DNA of 64,000 bases. Source: an uncultured delta proteobacterium (GTDB lineage Bacteria; Desulfobacterota; Binatia; UBA9968). The stretch lies in assembly GCA_963745835.1 (NCBI GenBank), contig CAVUZH010000003.1, forward strand, positions 1,280,001 through 1,344,000. Reading direction: 5' to 3'. Numbering within the stretch: the first letter of the stretch is position 1; the number at the start of each line of letters is the position of its first letter. Shown here one piece after another: positions 8,092 through 18,911 of the stretch. Under the pieces are notes generated by a model, which was not told the origin of the DNA, ran no database searches, and worked only from the letters and a program-made list of their open reading frames with translations. A program made the position numbers and the translations under genes.

Positions 8092-11019
8092 TCAGGCCGC
8101 ATGGCGCCGTAGAGATCGGGGAATGGTAAACGTAAAGATGGAGCCGTGGCCGGGTTCACTCTCAACGCGAATCTCACCATCCAGTAAATCGAGATATTTT
8201 TTGACAATGCTGAGACCCAGACCTACGCCGTCAAATTGCCCCGTGTGAGCCTCTTTGATTTGCTCGAATTCCTGGAATATCCGGCGAACATCTTCGCTCT
8301 CAATTCCAATACCGGTGTCTGCCACGCTAAATTGAACTCGGTCTCTATCACGCAGATTGCGCACTTGGACATCGATTCGCCCTCTGGGTGTGAATTTGCA
8401 TGCGTTAGCAAGCAGATTTTGAAGAATCTCATCTAGCTTGATTGGGTCAGTAGTTATTGGCAGAACCGTTTCATCGACATCCCAGTTAACCTCCAAACGG
8501 CCGTCTCGATTGATTTGCTCCACCTGGTGCCGCGCATGCTCGATCAGTTCTTCAACTTCCACTGTTGCAAGGTCCAGCGACATTTTTCTTGCTTCGATGC
8601 GCGATAGGCTCAAAACATCATTGATCATCTTTAGCAAGACCCGGGAATTCCGCAAAATCTTCCGAATCGCTGTCTTCTGATCAGAGTTAAGGGGTCCGAA
8701 GAACTCGTCGTGCGCGAGATCGGCATTGCCAATAATGACGTGTAGCGGCGTTCGAAGCTCATGTGACATGGCCGAGATAAATTCTGATTTGGCTCGTGTT
8801 GCATCGAGAAGCTCCTGGTTGGTTTTCTCGAGCTCGGAAGTCGTTTTTTTGACTTCGGCAAATAGTCTGGCGTTTTCCACCGCAACGCCGATTTCCTGGG
8901 CAATGGACTGGATTAGCTGCCGTTCATCTTGAGAGAAGTGACGCTTGCCGCGACTGACAACATGTAAAGTTCCGGCAATGTTCTCTTTAACCATGATCGG
9001 AAATGCGGCGGCGGCTTGAAATCCCAACGAAACAATCTTACCTGCACTCGTCAACTCGCGGTATCTGGGGTCGTTGACAACGTCCTCGAAGATAAGCGAA
9101 CGGCCCGATCTTATCACCTGACCGCTAATTCCACTCTCCACATTGCGCTCGGCCATGGCTTTGGCGACTTCATCGCTGAGCCCGATTTGCCCCCGTAGAT
9201 ACAGAACTCCCTCCTCCGGCTCCAATTCGTAAATCCAGACTGCGTCGAAATTGAGTGTCTCTGAGATCTTCCTGACAGCTTCCTTGAGAACAGTTTCCAG
9301 ATTGAGCGAACGGCTTACGGCCACGCCGATGGTGTTAAGCACGGCCAGGTGCCGTGATCTCGTGTTAACCTCTTCGAATAAGTTTACCTTCTCTACCGCA
9401 ACGCCCAGATGCTCTGCCATGGAAGTGAGCAGGCGAATCTGATCGGTGCTCAGCTTTCTAGGCGATTTGCCATTGAAGATAATGGCGCCGAAAACGCAGG
9501 ACTGGGTTTTGATCGGCAGCACGCCAAAGAAACATAGCTTGGCATTCTTTGTGGCTCGACTGGTGCTGAGAGCGGCATACCGCGGATCGGTTTCAATATT
9601 TTCAAATATCATTGGCTCGCCGGACTCGACGACTCGGCCGATGACACCCTGGCCTCTTTTGAAGGTATGCACCTCGGTCCAGTGCTCCGGGTCTGCTTCA
9701 AACGAAGCTCGCAATTCCATTTGTTCCATTTCCGCGTTGAAAAGAAAAATCCGGGTCGTTTCAAATTGGAAAATGGCGGTAATCTTATCGATAACTGCCT
9801 GCAGAATAGTTTCTAGATCTAGCGATTTGTTTACAGCGCTGGTCACTTCATAGAGGGCGCCCGTTTCCTCCGTTCGCTGCTTTACTTTCTGTTCCAATGT
9901 GGCATACGAGGTCTGTAGCGCTTCGGTCATGTCATTGAACTCTTGCGCCAAGTCTTCTACTTCATCACCCGTCGTGATCTCGGCCCTGTGTTCAAGATTG
10001 CCACCGCGGATGGTTCTGACGGCCTGACGGAGTTCTTGAATCGGTCGACTGATCTTTCGACTCAGCCAAACGATGATTCCCGAACCCACAAGCAGTCCGA
10101 TGCCGATTAGCAAAATAGAATAACGGTGCAATTGCTCTAGATCCGCTAGAGCTTCAGCAGCAGGCTGCTCGACGATCACCGCCCATCTCAGGTCCGGTAC
10201 TTCGGCGTAGGTGCTTAGCACCTGTGCGCCGTTGATCCCCGCGCCAAGTTCGGCTGGAGCAGGATCGCTGGCTCGATTCGCAAGGAAGCGTTGGACCTTG
10301 GCGAGCTCGCGAAGGTTAAGACGCTTAAGCACCAGCGACGGATCCTGGTGTGCTAGCACCTCGCCATTCTCGTCGATCACGTAGGCGTAGCCACCCCGCC
10401 GAAAACGGCTGCCGGCGATCACTTCCCAAAGAAACCGAAGATTAACGTGGGCGATTAGGACACCGATGGTTTTTCGCGGAGTTTCCATCAATGGCATGGC
10501 GATGACGATGTAGGGCTCGGCACGGTCTGAAGTGCGGACCGGACCGACATAGACTTCGCCCTGAATAGCCTTAGTATAGGCTGTTTCGCCGCTCCGATTT
10601 TGCAAATCCGACGGTAGAAAGGCTAGAATCTCAGAAAATTTGAGTCTTTCCATTCCTTGACTGTCTAAGATTGAAATCTGCCTGAAAGCCGGATCGTTCT
10701 TTAGCAGCAATAATCCAATCAGACGTTGATCTTCGCTGCCGATAGGGTACCGAGTCATAAACACGCCTGCGTCCCGCAACCGCTCCACCTTGCGAGACAC
10801 GAAATGATGAATTTGCCGCGCCGATGCCGAGGCAATTTCTGTTTGCAGCGCCGCTGTCGACTCGTAGATTTGCTTCCGCGTGTAGCTCGAGCCGGCAAAC
10901 GTGCTTAGCACCAGGACGGTTCCCAACAGAATCAAGCCAAAAAGCATCAAGCGGCGTCTAATCCCGCCGATATACGGTCGAATAGTAATCTTCTGCCGAT
11001 CTCTCATCGCGGCGCTCAC
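8092..11019 (-). CDS. Membrane sensor histidine kinase (Cache-HAMP-GAF-GAF-HisKA-HATPase)
   Basis: Two TM segments around a periplasmic domain, HAMP (GDEVEDLAQEFNDM), two GAF-like repeats, H-box MSHELRTPL, N-box NLLANACKFT, DTGIG and GVGLGL. Confidence 0.92.
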   Translation of the reverse strand: MSAAMRDRQKITIRPYIGGIRRRLMLFGLILLGTVLVLSTFAGSSYTRKQIYESTAALQTEIASASARQIHHFVSRKVERLRDAGVFMTRYPIGSEDQRLIGLLLLKNDPAFRQISILDSQGMERLKFSEILAFLPSDLQNRSGETAYTKAIQGEVYVGPVRTSDRAEPYIVIAMPLMETPRKTIGVLIAHVNLRFLWEVIAGSRFRRGGYAYVIDENGEVLAHQDPSLVLKRLNLRELAKVQRFLANRASDPAPAELGAGINGAQVLSTYAEVPDLRWAVIVEQPAAEALADLEQLHRYSILLIGIGLLVGSGIIVWLSRKISRPIQELRQAVRTIRGGNLEHRAEITTGDEVEDLAQEFNDMTEALQTSYATLEQKVKQRTEETGALYEVTSAVNKSLDLETILQAVIDKITAIFQFETTRIFLFNAEMEQMELRASFEADPEHWTEVHTFKRGQGVIGRVVESGEPMIFENIETDPRYAALSTSRATKNAKLCFFGVLPIKTQSCVFGAIIFNGKSPRKLSTDQIRLLTSMAEHLGVAVEKVNLFEEVNTRSRHLAVLNTIGVAVSRSLNLETVLKEAVRKISETLNFDAVWIYELEPEEGVLYLRGQIGLSDEVAKAMAERNVESGISGQVIRSGRSLIFEDVVNDPRYRELTSAGKIVSLGFQAAAAFPIMVKENIAGTLHVVSRGKRHFSQDERQLIQSIAQEIGVAVENARLFAEVKKTTSELEKTNQELLDATRAKSEFISAMSHELRTPLHVIIGNADLAHDEFFGPLNSDQKTAIRKILRNSRVLLKMINDVLSLSRIEARKMSLDLATVEVEELIEHARHQVEQINRDGRLEVNWDVDETVLPITTDPIKLDEILQNLLANACKFTPRGRIDVQVRNLRDRDRVQFSVADTGIGIESEDVRRIFQEFEQIKEAHTGQFDGVGLGLSIVKKYLDLLDGEIRVESEPGHGSIFTFTIPRSLRRHAA

Positions 11020-12044
11020 TCAAACACTTGGTCGGCTCTTAACAAGATTTCCTTGGCAATCTTCAAATCGATGGCTTTTGCGGTTTGAAGGTTCAGCACC
11101 AGGTTTAGCTTGTATGGTAACTCGATGGGCAGTTCGGCGGGTTTGCTTCCCTTGAAGATCTTGTCCGCCAGCGCCGCAGCTTGCTTTCCTAGCGCTGGAT
11201 AATCCGCTGCGTAGGTTGCTAGACAACCGCGCTTGACGTTGACCAACAACGAAGTCAGCAACGGCAGCTTTTCTTTGATCGCTTGATCGACCACCTGCTC
11301 AACAGCCTCTGTCACTAAACTGTCCGGCGGGTGATAAATGGCATCGTACCTTTTGCGGGTAATTGACTGGGCCACTATGCCCATCTCCTCGACCCGGCGC
11401 ACATGGATTTCCGAATATCCGAGAGCAAACTTTGGCGCTGTCGCTTGGACTTCCGCGACAATGGCTTTGTAATTGACGCCATTGGGATCTAATGGAATGG
11501 CGATCTTTTTGGTTCGTGGAGCTAACTCCTTGAGAAGCTCGAATCGCTTGCCAGTCAATTCCAAAGACGCCGAACTGATGCCGGCAAGATTGTTACCAGA
11601 GCCGGAAAAGCTCTTGAAAAGATTCTGAGAGTTTCCCGCGCTCAAAAAGACGACCGGAATGGGTGTTCCTTGCGTCGCTCGTGCCGCTGCTACTGTTGCA
11701 GTAGTTGAAGAGGTAACTATCAGATCGACTTTGTCGTGGACAAGTTTATGCGCGATTGTTCGGAGCAGCTCTTCATTCCCTCTCGAGTTGTAATACTGAT
11801 ACCGAACGTTTTGGCGTTCACGATAACCCAACTCCGTCATACGTTCTCTAAACCCCTCGAATGCGTTTATGAACGAATCGCCGGTGTTGAGTGAACCGAT
11901 AGAATAAATTCTTTGCGCCTCGGCGGGAGACACCGCGCTGGTTACCAGAGCGATCGCTATCGTCCAGAAGATAAGCGACTTAGGGATTGCTGATCTTTGT
12001 GCGCGGAGAGAGTCTGTCAGAGGGGTTATCATTGCATGCCGCAT
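11016..12044 (-). CDS. ABC-type substrate-binding protein (ABC_sub_bind type)
   Basis: Signal peptide, GKRFELLKE, KIFKGSKPAELPIELP and LVLNLQTAKAI; stop overlaps the kinase start (GTGA). Confidence 0.88.
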   Translation of the reverse strand: MRHAMITPLTDSLRAQRSAIPKSLIFWTIAIALVTSAVSPAEAQRIYSIGSLNTGDSFINAFEGFRERMTELGYRERQNVRYQYYNSRGNEELLRTIAHKLVHDKVDLIVTSSTTATVAAARATQGTPIPVVFLSAGNSQNLFKSFSGSGNNLAGISSASLELTGKRFELLKELAPRTKKIAIPLDPNGVNYKAIVAEVQATAPKFALGYSEIHVRRVEEMGIVAQSITRKRYDAIYHPPDSLVTEAVEQVVDQAIKEKLPLLTSLLVNVKRGCLATYAADYPALGKQAAALADKIFKGSKPAELPIELPYKLNLVLNLQTAKAIDLKIAKEILLRADQVFE

Positions 12045-12413
12045 TGATCCTCCTGATCGCCTTAGCTGTTTCTTCGCCGCAAGGCGCTCTGCAGAGCGGA
12101 TTCGAAGCAGATTTGGTGAGTCATTGTCCGAACAACTGTAGGTGCGCGGTAAGCCGGCGTGCTCTTACAAAAGCCTTTGATCGCCGCAAGTTAGGCTCGG
12201 GTAACGACGCAGGATTTGAGCCAGAAGAGAGATAAAACAGTTGACGAGCAGCTCTGGTGATTTGCGAGGATTTGCGGGGAATCTTTGTGAAATCTTGCGT
12301 GACGAAGAATTTGGGTGCTGAAGGCAATAAAATGAAATCAGACTAATTACGCCATATTTGGCTAGAATGGCACGTTATGACTCTGGTGGGAATTTCGTAC
12401 CTGACCACAAATC

Positions 12414-13163
12414 CTACGGCTCGGCGCCTTTACTTTCAACCGCGGCTTGCTCCCCCAGATAAGCCTGGATGATTCTGGGATTATCCAGCATCTCCGCGCA
12501 AGGCCCGGATAGCACGGTTTTGCCGTTCTCCAGGATGTAAGCGTCATCCGCAATCTTGAGCGCCTGCCGGACATTCTGTTCGACCAAAAAGATAGTCAAG
12601 CCGCGCTCGTTCAGTTTGCGCAAGGTTCTGAAGATTTCTTGTACTAGGAGCGGCGCTAACCCCATAGATGGTTCGTCCAACAGCAGCAATCTCGGTCGTG
12701 CCATCAACGCGCGAGCAATGGCCAACATCTGCTGCTCGCCTCCTGACAGATTGCCTGCAGCGCCATCGAGTCTTTCTTTCAGTCGCGGAAACAATCCTAG
12801 AACGTTTTCTAGATCACTTGCGATCTCGGTTTTGTGTCTGTGTCGCCGATACGCTCCGAGTAACAAGTTTTCTCTGATCGTGAGAGTGGTAAGAATTTCC
12901 CGGCCTTCTGGGACTTGGACGATCCCATGCGCAACAATTCGGTGCGGCGGGAGTCGATGCACTTCCATGCCGTCAAAATGGATTGATCCGGCGCTGGCTT
13001 TCACAACTCCCGATATCGTCAATAGCGTGGTTGACTTACCCGCGCCGTTGGCTCCTAGCAGTGTTGTTATCCGACCTTGATGGAGCGTTAGATTGATCCC
13101 TTTCACCGCTTCAATTGCGCCGTAGTGGACGTGGAGACCGGCAATCCGCAGAAGCGCTTTCAT
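12414..13163 (-). CDS. livF: Branched-chain amino acid ABC transporter ATP-binding protein
   Basis: GANGAGKST, VPEGR, LSGGEQQML, LLLDEPSMGL. Confidence 0.92.
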   Translation of the reverse strand: MKALLRIAGLHVHYGAIEAVKGINLTLHQGRITTLLGANGAGKSTTLLTISGVVKASAGSIHFDGMEVHRLPPHRIVAHGIVQVPEGREILTTLTIRENLLLGAYRRHRHKTEIASDLENVLGLFPRLKERLDGAAGNLSGGEQQMLAIARALMARPRLLLLDEPSMGLAPLLVQEIFRTLRKLNERGLTIFLVEQNVRQALKIADDAYILENGKTVLSGPCAEMLDNPRIIQAYLGEQAAVESKGAEP

Positions 13164-13948
13164 GCAGAGCGCTCGGAAGAAGTCGAATCCGGTTCGTCTT
13201 CCCGTCCCAAATACGCCTCGATAACCCGCGGGTCTTGGCGAATTTGGTCGGGGCTTCCGACAGCGATCACCCGACCGAAATTCATTACAATGATTTGCTT
13301 GCAGATGCCCATGACAAAGCTCATGTCGTGCTCAATCAGTAATATGCTAAGGCCACTTTGATCGAGCTTGATAATCTCATTCATCAATTGCTGCTTTTCG
13401 ACAGGATTCATACCAGCCGCCGGTTCATCCAAGAGCAGCAACTTGGGCGCGGTCGCAAGCGCGCGCGCAATCTCTAGACGCCGCTGCGCGCCGTAAGAAA
13501 GCGTACCTGCTGCCTGCTCGGCCGTGTCGAGTAGGCTGACTCTGCGCAAGAGCTCGCGCGCAAGCTCTTCTTCGCGCTGCTTAGAATGACGCAAACCGCG
13601 AGACGAGAGAAGCAGACGTGCCGGACTATGGTTGCGTTGCGGCCTGATTGCGACAAGAACATTTTCCAAGACAGACATTTCTTTAAAGATGCGGATATTC
13701 TGAAAGGTGCGTGCGACACCACAACGGTTGACCTGATAAGGTGCCATGCCGTTTAGCTCACGTCCTAAGAATTCGATTCTCCCCTCGCTCGGCAGTAGTA
13801 AGCCTGTGATGAGATTGAATACGGTTGTCTTCCCGGCTCCATTCGGGCCGATCAACCCAACAATTCCCCGCTCCGGTGTCATCAAGCTGACGTTTTGGAG
13901 CACTTGGTGGCCGCCGAAACTTTTTGAGAGACCCGACAAACTCAACAT
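13160..13948 (-). CDS. livG: Branched-chain amino acid ABC transporter ATP-binding protein
   Basis: GPNGAGKTT, RTFQN, LSYGAQRRLEIA, DEPAAG. Confidence 0.92.
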   Translation of the reverse strand: MLSLSGLSKSFGGHQVLQNVSLMTPERGIVGLIGPNGAGKTTVFNLITGLLLPSEGRIEFLGRELNGMAPYQVNRCGVARTFQNIRIFKEMSVLENVLVAIRPQRNHSPARLLLSSRGLRHSKQREEELARELLRRVSLLDTAEQAAGTLSYGAQRRLEIARALATAPKLLLLDEPAAGMNPVEKQQLMNEIIKLDQSGLSILLIEHDMSFVMGICKQIIVMNFGRVIAVGSPDQIRQDPRVIEAYLGREDEPDSTSSERSA

Positions 13949-13954
13949 GTGCCA

Positions 13955-14812
13955 TTACCGCCGGCGTTTTGGCGACCGCCGCGCTAGAAGTATCAAACCC
14001 CAAAGTCCCCGCGGCGAGTACAGCATGATTAGAATCAAGATGATGCCATTGATCAATGGTCTATAGTCACCAAGTCCGCGCAAGAGTTCCGGCAAAAGCG
14101 TGATCAACACGCCGCCGAGGACGGCGCCCCATGGACTGCCGGTACCGCCAAGAACACCCATCGCAAGAATTTCCACACCACGGTCGAAACCATATTCATT
14201 GGGACTGATAAAGAATGTGAAATGGGCATTAAGTCCGCCCGCTAACCCGGCCAGAGCAGCGCCGCTCACAAAGGCAAACAATTTATAGCCACGGATGTTT
14301 ATCCCGATCACCTCAGTGGCGACTTCATCTTGCCGAATTGCCGCCATGATGCGACCTAACCGCGACTGCGCAGCTCGCAACAAAACATAAACCGCACCGC
14401 AGACAGCTACTGCTACAGAAGACCAGCTTGTCAACTGCGGAATACCATTGAGCCCAAGGGCGCCGCCTGTTAGATCTTCCGTATTGAGAATCGCTATCCG
14501 CACAACTTCACCAAACGCCAGAGTCGCCATTGCCAAATAAACACCCGAGAGTTTAAGCGTCGGACGCCCGATTACAAGCGCAACCACAGCCGGCAGCAAT
14601 GAGCCGAGAACCAGCGCGGGGAAAAATGATGTCACGCTGTGCAAAGTAAGAAGCGCGGAGCTATAGGCCCCAATAGCCATAAATGCCGCGTTAGCTACGC
14701 TTAACAGGCCGCAGGATAGAGTCAGATAAATGGACAGAGCCAGGAGCACGTTAGTACCGATAGAGAGGACTAGCGTATTGTAGGTTGCCCAAAAGCTATC
14801 GAGCCATTCCAT
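13955..14812 (-). CDS. livM: Branched-chain amino acid ABC transporter permease
   Basis: Multi-TM; LSGVYLAMATLAFGE, TGGALG, GGTGS. Confidence 0.88.
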   Translation of the reverse strand: MEWLDSFWATYNTLVLSIGTNVLLALSIYLTLSCGLLSVANAAFMAIGAYSSALLTLHSVTSFFPALVLGSLLPAVVALVIGRPTLKLSGVYLAMATLAFGEVVRIAILNTEDLTGGALGLNGIPQLTSWSSVAVAVCGAVYVLLRAAQSRLGRIMAAIRQDEVATEVIGINIRGYKLFAFVSGAALAGLAGGLNAHFTFFISPNEYGFDRGVEILAMGVLGGTGSPWGAVLGGVLITLLPELLRGLGDYRPLINGIILILIMLYSPRGLWGLILLARRSPKRRR

Positions 14813-14864
14813 GCTCCGGTGTTTGCGGTTCTCTCAGGGAGAGTGATCAAGCGGTTAAAGGTTG

Positions 14865-15749
14865 TTATGCGCGGCGCTGGGCGGCAGTTCCGAACAGACC
14901 ATGAGGCCGAAGCAGCAGAATTGCGAATAGCAGACCGAAGGCGACGGCATCACGCATGCTCGAGCCAATGTAAGCGACTGAGAAGACCTCCGCAAATCCA
15001 AGAAAAAAACCGCCCAATAAAGCGCCCCGCATGTCGCCCATTCCGCCGAGAATCACAACTGCGATTCCCTTATGCAGGATGGGCTGCCCCATCGAAGGGA
15101 ACACAGCGTTAGTATATAAGGCGATCAGAACGCCGGCGGCGCCGCCGAGCAGCGCCGCGATCACCGATGTGAGCCGAAACACCCGCTCAACATTGATGCC
15201 TAGGAATGCGGCCGCTCTAGGAGATTCCGCCAAGGCACGCACTGCGCAACCAATGCGAGTCCGCCGCAGCCCCCAGATTAATACACCCATGAGGACAAAG
15301 GCCAAGACAACTATTTCCAGTTCCAGCCAAGTGATTTGCGCGCCGGGTATGCTCAACGTCTGGACCGGCAATGTCTCAAGCGGAAAGCGCAAATTTTGCG
15401 CGCCAAAATAACCCTCGATGGAGCTATTTAGGGCGATAGCGAAACCGATGGTTGCAATCATCGGCGCCAGGTGCGGTGCCTGACGCGCCCGCAATGGCGC
15501 GAAGATCAGCTTATCGAGAAGCCAACCGGTAGCGCCCGTAATCAGCATCGCAATCAGGATCGCTGCGGGTAGCGGAAGCTCTAAAAGCACGACTGCTTGC
15601 AAAGCAGAATAAGCGCCCAGCATGAATACCGCGCCATGGGCTAGATTCACCACTCCCAATACGCCGAACACCAATGTAAACCCAAGCGCAAATAGCGCAT
15701 AGACTCCACCCAGGGAAACAGCATTGATGAACTGCTGCGCGAGCATCAC
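14865..15749 (-). CDS. livH: Branched-chain amino acid ABC transporter permease
   Basis: YALFALGFTLVFG..VNLAHG, VILGGMG. Confidence 0.9.
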   Translation of the reverse strand: MMLAQQFINAVSLGGVYALFALGFTLVFGVLGVVNLAHGAVFMLGAYSALQAVVLLELPLPAAILIAMLITGATGWLLDKLIFAPLRARQAPHLAPMIATIGFAIALNSSIEGYFGAQNLRFPLETLPVQTLSIPGAQITWLELEIVVLAFVLMGVLIWGLRRTRIGCAVRALAESPRAAAFLGINVERVFRLTSVIAALLGGAAGVLIALYTNAVFPSMGQPILHKGIAVVILGGMGDMRGALLGGFFLGFAEVFSVAYIGSSMRDAVAFGLLFAILLLRPHGLFGTAAQRRA

Positions 15750-16910
15750 CTATTTTTGGATCACGTACCGGTTGCCTTTGGTCATCATGACAATCGCGGT
15801 TTGTACCGCGTCGTAGCCGGCGGGCTTGCCGTCGCGGCCGGTAACCTGGCGAAATTTAAACGGCCCGGTGGCGCCGGTCCACTGCGTTGCCGGAAGAGCA
15901 TCGCGCACTGCTTTGCGATCGGCCTCCAGCTTACCCGTTAATTTAATCTTCTTTAAAGCTTGCGCTGCAATGTACATGGCATCGTATGCCTGGGCGGCAA
16001 ACTGGTCGGGCATCTCTTGATAAGCTTTTTGATACGACGCTATAAATTGCTTGTTCTCGGGTGTCGGACTTTCCACGGACCAGGGGCTGCCAACCCACAA
16101 GTTGTCAGAGCTGTTTTTAGCAAGCTCAAATATTCTCGGAGAGTTCATCCCATTGCCGCCGATGAACGGCAGGTCGATGCCCAGTTGCCGCGCCTGTACC
16201 ATGATCGGGGCGCCTTCAGCGACCAAAGCCGAAAGCACAATCGCGTCAGGATTGCCGGCTTTGATATTGGTCAATTGCGGCTTAAAACCGACATCACCCT
16301 TTGCGAAGGTCTCCGTTGCGGCAATAGGGATCTTCAAGTCCTGCAGAGCTTTCTTGAAGTTATCATAACCGCTCTTGGTAAAGATATCGTCATTACCATA
16401 GAGCACTGCGACTCTTTTTAAGCCGGTCTTTTGCGCAGCACTTTTAAGCGTAACTGGCAAAATATCCCGCTCGGTAACCGAATTACGAAACACATAATCG
16501 CCAATCGAAGTGATTCCGTCAGCGGTATTCGAAGTCCCGAAAACGACCGTTTTAGCCGCTTGCGCAACCGGGTCCGATGCCTGCGCTGAATTAGACAGCG
16601 TCGGGCCAAACAACATCAGCACTTTGTCCTGAAAGATAAGCTTTCTAAAACTATTGATACCCTCTTCCTTTTTGCCCTGCTCATCTTCAATGACCAATTC
16701 CAAGCGGGTTCCACCGGCGCCGCCGCTGCCATTGATTTCTTTAACGGCCAACTCAAAGCCTTTCCGGATCGGCACACCATATTGCGCAGCGTTGCCGGTC
16801 AAGGCGGCGGCAACGCCGATTTTGATCTGCGCCGCCCCAGCGACAGGGCAGAGCAAAAAGACCGCTGCAATCGCCGTAAGTACAGTGTGTCCTATTTGCA
16901 CGGAGGTCAC
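15750..16910 (-). CDS. Branched-chain amino acid ABC transporter substrate-binding protein (LivJ/K-like)
   Basis: Signal peptide, LTGNAAQYG, YVFRN, AQAYDA; heads the liv operon. Confidence 0.88.
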   Translation of the reverse strand: MTSVQIGHTVLTAIAAVFLLCPVAGAAQIKIGVAAALTGNAAQYGVPIRKGFELAVKEINGSGGAGGTRLELVIEDEQGKKEEGINSFRKLIFQDKVLMLFGPTLSNSAQASDPVAQAAKTVVFGTSNTADGITSIGDYVFRNSVTERDILPVTLKSAAQKTGLKRVAVLYGNDDIFTKSGYDNFKKALQDLKIPIAATETFAKGDVGFKPQLTNIKAGNPDAIVLSALVAEGAPIMVQARQLGIDLPFIGGNGMNSPRIFELAKNSSDNLWVGSPWSVESPTPENKQFIASYQKAYQEMPDQFAAQAYDAMYIAAQALKKIKLTGKLEADRKAVRDALPATQWTGATGPFKFRQVTGRDGKPAGYDAVQTAIVMMTKGNRYVIQK

Positions 16911-17177
16911 CTATCGCAGAATGCTTGAAACCGATCAAAAGCCGACCTACACCAGATTTGATTAAAAGATGCAGGCTAGCGGCCAGCGCACGGACGATCC
17001 GGCCGCTAGATCTAAGTCGCAGTATTGGTCAGCTCATTTCGGCTAATGTGAGTTCTAACCGTTTCGTTAAATGATTTCCTGTAGTAGGGCCATCGGCTGG
17101 GGCAACAATCGGTGTGCTTTCATCAGCAGAACACAAGAGGACACCGATCGGCCATTCGCAATTGTCCGCCAGATCAG

Positions 17178-17762
17178 CTATCGCCCTGGTTGCTTTTGCG
17201 CGTCCTGGACATGCCACAGGTAAAGGGTGTGCTCCCAGTTCGAAGAATCTTTCATATTCTCCGTTTTGAGTGGTTTCCACTCGCCCATATCGAAGTCGTG
17301 AGAGACAATCCGGGAACCAGGTTTCATTTGCTTCCAGATGTTTGGCCGGATCAGGAGATTAACCTCGGGCAATAGATACATCGTCAGCACCGAGGCTGGT
17401 GCCAGGTCGACAGTTCTGATGTCTTGTTGGCGAATTTCCACCAAATGTCCAACCCCGGCCTTCTTGATATTCTCTGTGGACTCCTTGATTCGTTGCGGAT
17501 CGATCTCGAAACCGATCGCTCTGACACCGTACTTCTTTGCGGCGGTGACGACGATTCTCCCATCGCCGGACCCGAGATCATACACCACATCGTCCTTTTT
17601 AACCTGGGCCAACTCGAGCATCCGATCGACCACCTCCTGCGGCGTCGGAACGTAGGGAACAATTTTTCCTTCCTGCGATTGCGCTACATCAACGTTGAAG
17701 ACCGCTGTCGCGATTAACAGAAGCGCGAGAGCTATAGAATCAATTCGGGTAGTTTTGTTCAT
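17178..17762 (-). CDS. Class I SAM-dependent methyltransferase with N-terminal signal-like segment
   Basis: VPYVPTP, YDLGSGDGRI, GSRIVSHDF. Confidence 0.85.
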   Translation of the reverse strand: MNKTTRIDSIALALLLIATAVFNVDVAQSQEGKIVPYVPTPQEVVDRMLELAQVKKDDVVYDLGSGDGRIVVTAAKKYGVRAIGFEIDPQRIKESTENIKKAGVGHLVEIRQQDIRTVDLAPASVLTMYLLPEVNLLIRPNIWKQMKPGSRIVSHDFDMGEWKPLKTENMKDSSNWEHTLYLWHVQDAQKQPGR

Positions 17763-17832
17763 TGCTGCCTCTTCAGGATGTTTGCTGGATACTCCCCTAC
17801 CTAGCCAACTGTCAGCGAAGCGCCAACAACGG

Positions 17833-18138
17833 TCAACCGTTCTTCTGCCAAAATCTGCCGAGCCAGCTATCATTTTCCTTCCCCGCGACTTGTTCTATTT
17901 CACCCGGATCCAGCCAAATGCCATTACATCCGGTGCATTGGTCGATCTCGATCTTTTGGAAGCTCCTGGCCTTTAGCGGTTGGCCACATTTGGGGCATGT
18001 CATGTGCGCAACGTTCTTGCCGGCCGCTGTATTCTCAGCCTCCTGTTTTGCCTTGAGTTTCGCGAGAAGCTCCCGCTCTTTTTTTACAAAATACTCGTCT
18101 TCTTGCGCCTTCTTCCGTTCGTCCCATTTATCAGCCAT
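17833..18138 (-). CDS. Small zinc-ribbon (zf-TFIIB-like) protein with charged N-terminal helix
   Basis: CPKC...IDQCTGCNGIWLDPGE; AGGAGG RBS. Confidence 0.8.
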   Translation of the reverse strand: MADKWDERKKAQEDEYFVKKERELLAKLKAKQEAENTAAGKNVAHMTCPKCGQPLKARSFQKIEIDQCTGCNGIWLDPGEIEQVAGKENDSWLGRFWQKNG

Positions 18139-18286
18139 GTCGTCCTCCTACTTACTCTCATAACTGCTTCAGAAGATTGCGAGGTAAAAACTTCTTGACC
18201 TGCCCGGTCGGATGCACGGCGGCAGAAACTATGCGGTGGCGCTCAACGCGATCCCAGATACATGGAGCTTTGACGATCGATAATGA

Positions 18287-18902
18287 TTAACCGGCAAACT
18301 TGTTCATGTACGGAAGCTTCGTTGCGGTTTTCTTTACCTCGCTTAAGTTAGCTCGAAGCATTGCTGTGGAATCCCAGGATCCGCTGGTCAGTGCGCTTCG
18401 GTAGGTATCCGGTAAATCAACCCCGATTTTGTCCTCGCCAAACGAGATAGTCTTTGCTTGGATATCCAAGCTAAACGTACTTCTTGGATCGTTCTCGACG
18501 GCTCGCATCAGTTTTTCAATATCTCCGGGACTAACAGTTACCGTCGGCACCCCCATTATCGTGCAGTTGCCGGCAAAAATAGCCGCAAAGGATTCGCCGA
18601 CGATGGCATTGATTCCCCATCGATACAGGGCCTGTGGCGCATGTTCGCGCGATGAGCCGCAACCAAAGTTTTTATTAACGAAAAGCAAAGATGCCCCTTT
18701 GTATTTGGGATCATTGAGCGGGTGAGGCTTCGAATTGCCTGACGCATCAAAGCGTTCGTCGAAGAATGGGATATTCACCCATGCGCGCAAAGGTAACTTC
18801 TTTCAGATAACGTGCCGGAATGATTCGGTCGGTATCGATATCGTTGCCGCGGATTGGCACCGCCCTGCCTTCTACATTGGTGATTTTCACGATTTCGCTC
18901 AT
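18287..18902 (-). CDS. leuD: 3-isopropylmalate dehydratase small subunit (apparent 1-nt frameshift near 18769)
   Basis: [15 protein letters not shown] in one frame, [12 protein letters not shown] in the next; extra base in a G-run. Confidence 0.9.
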
Positions 18903-18911
18903 GGTCCCCTC

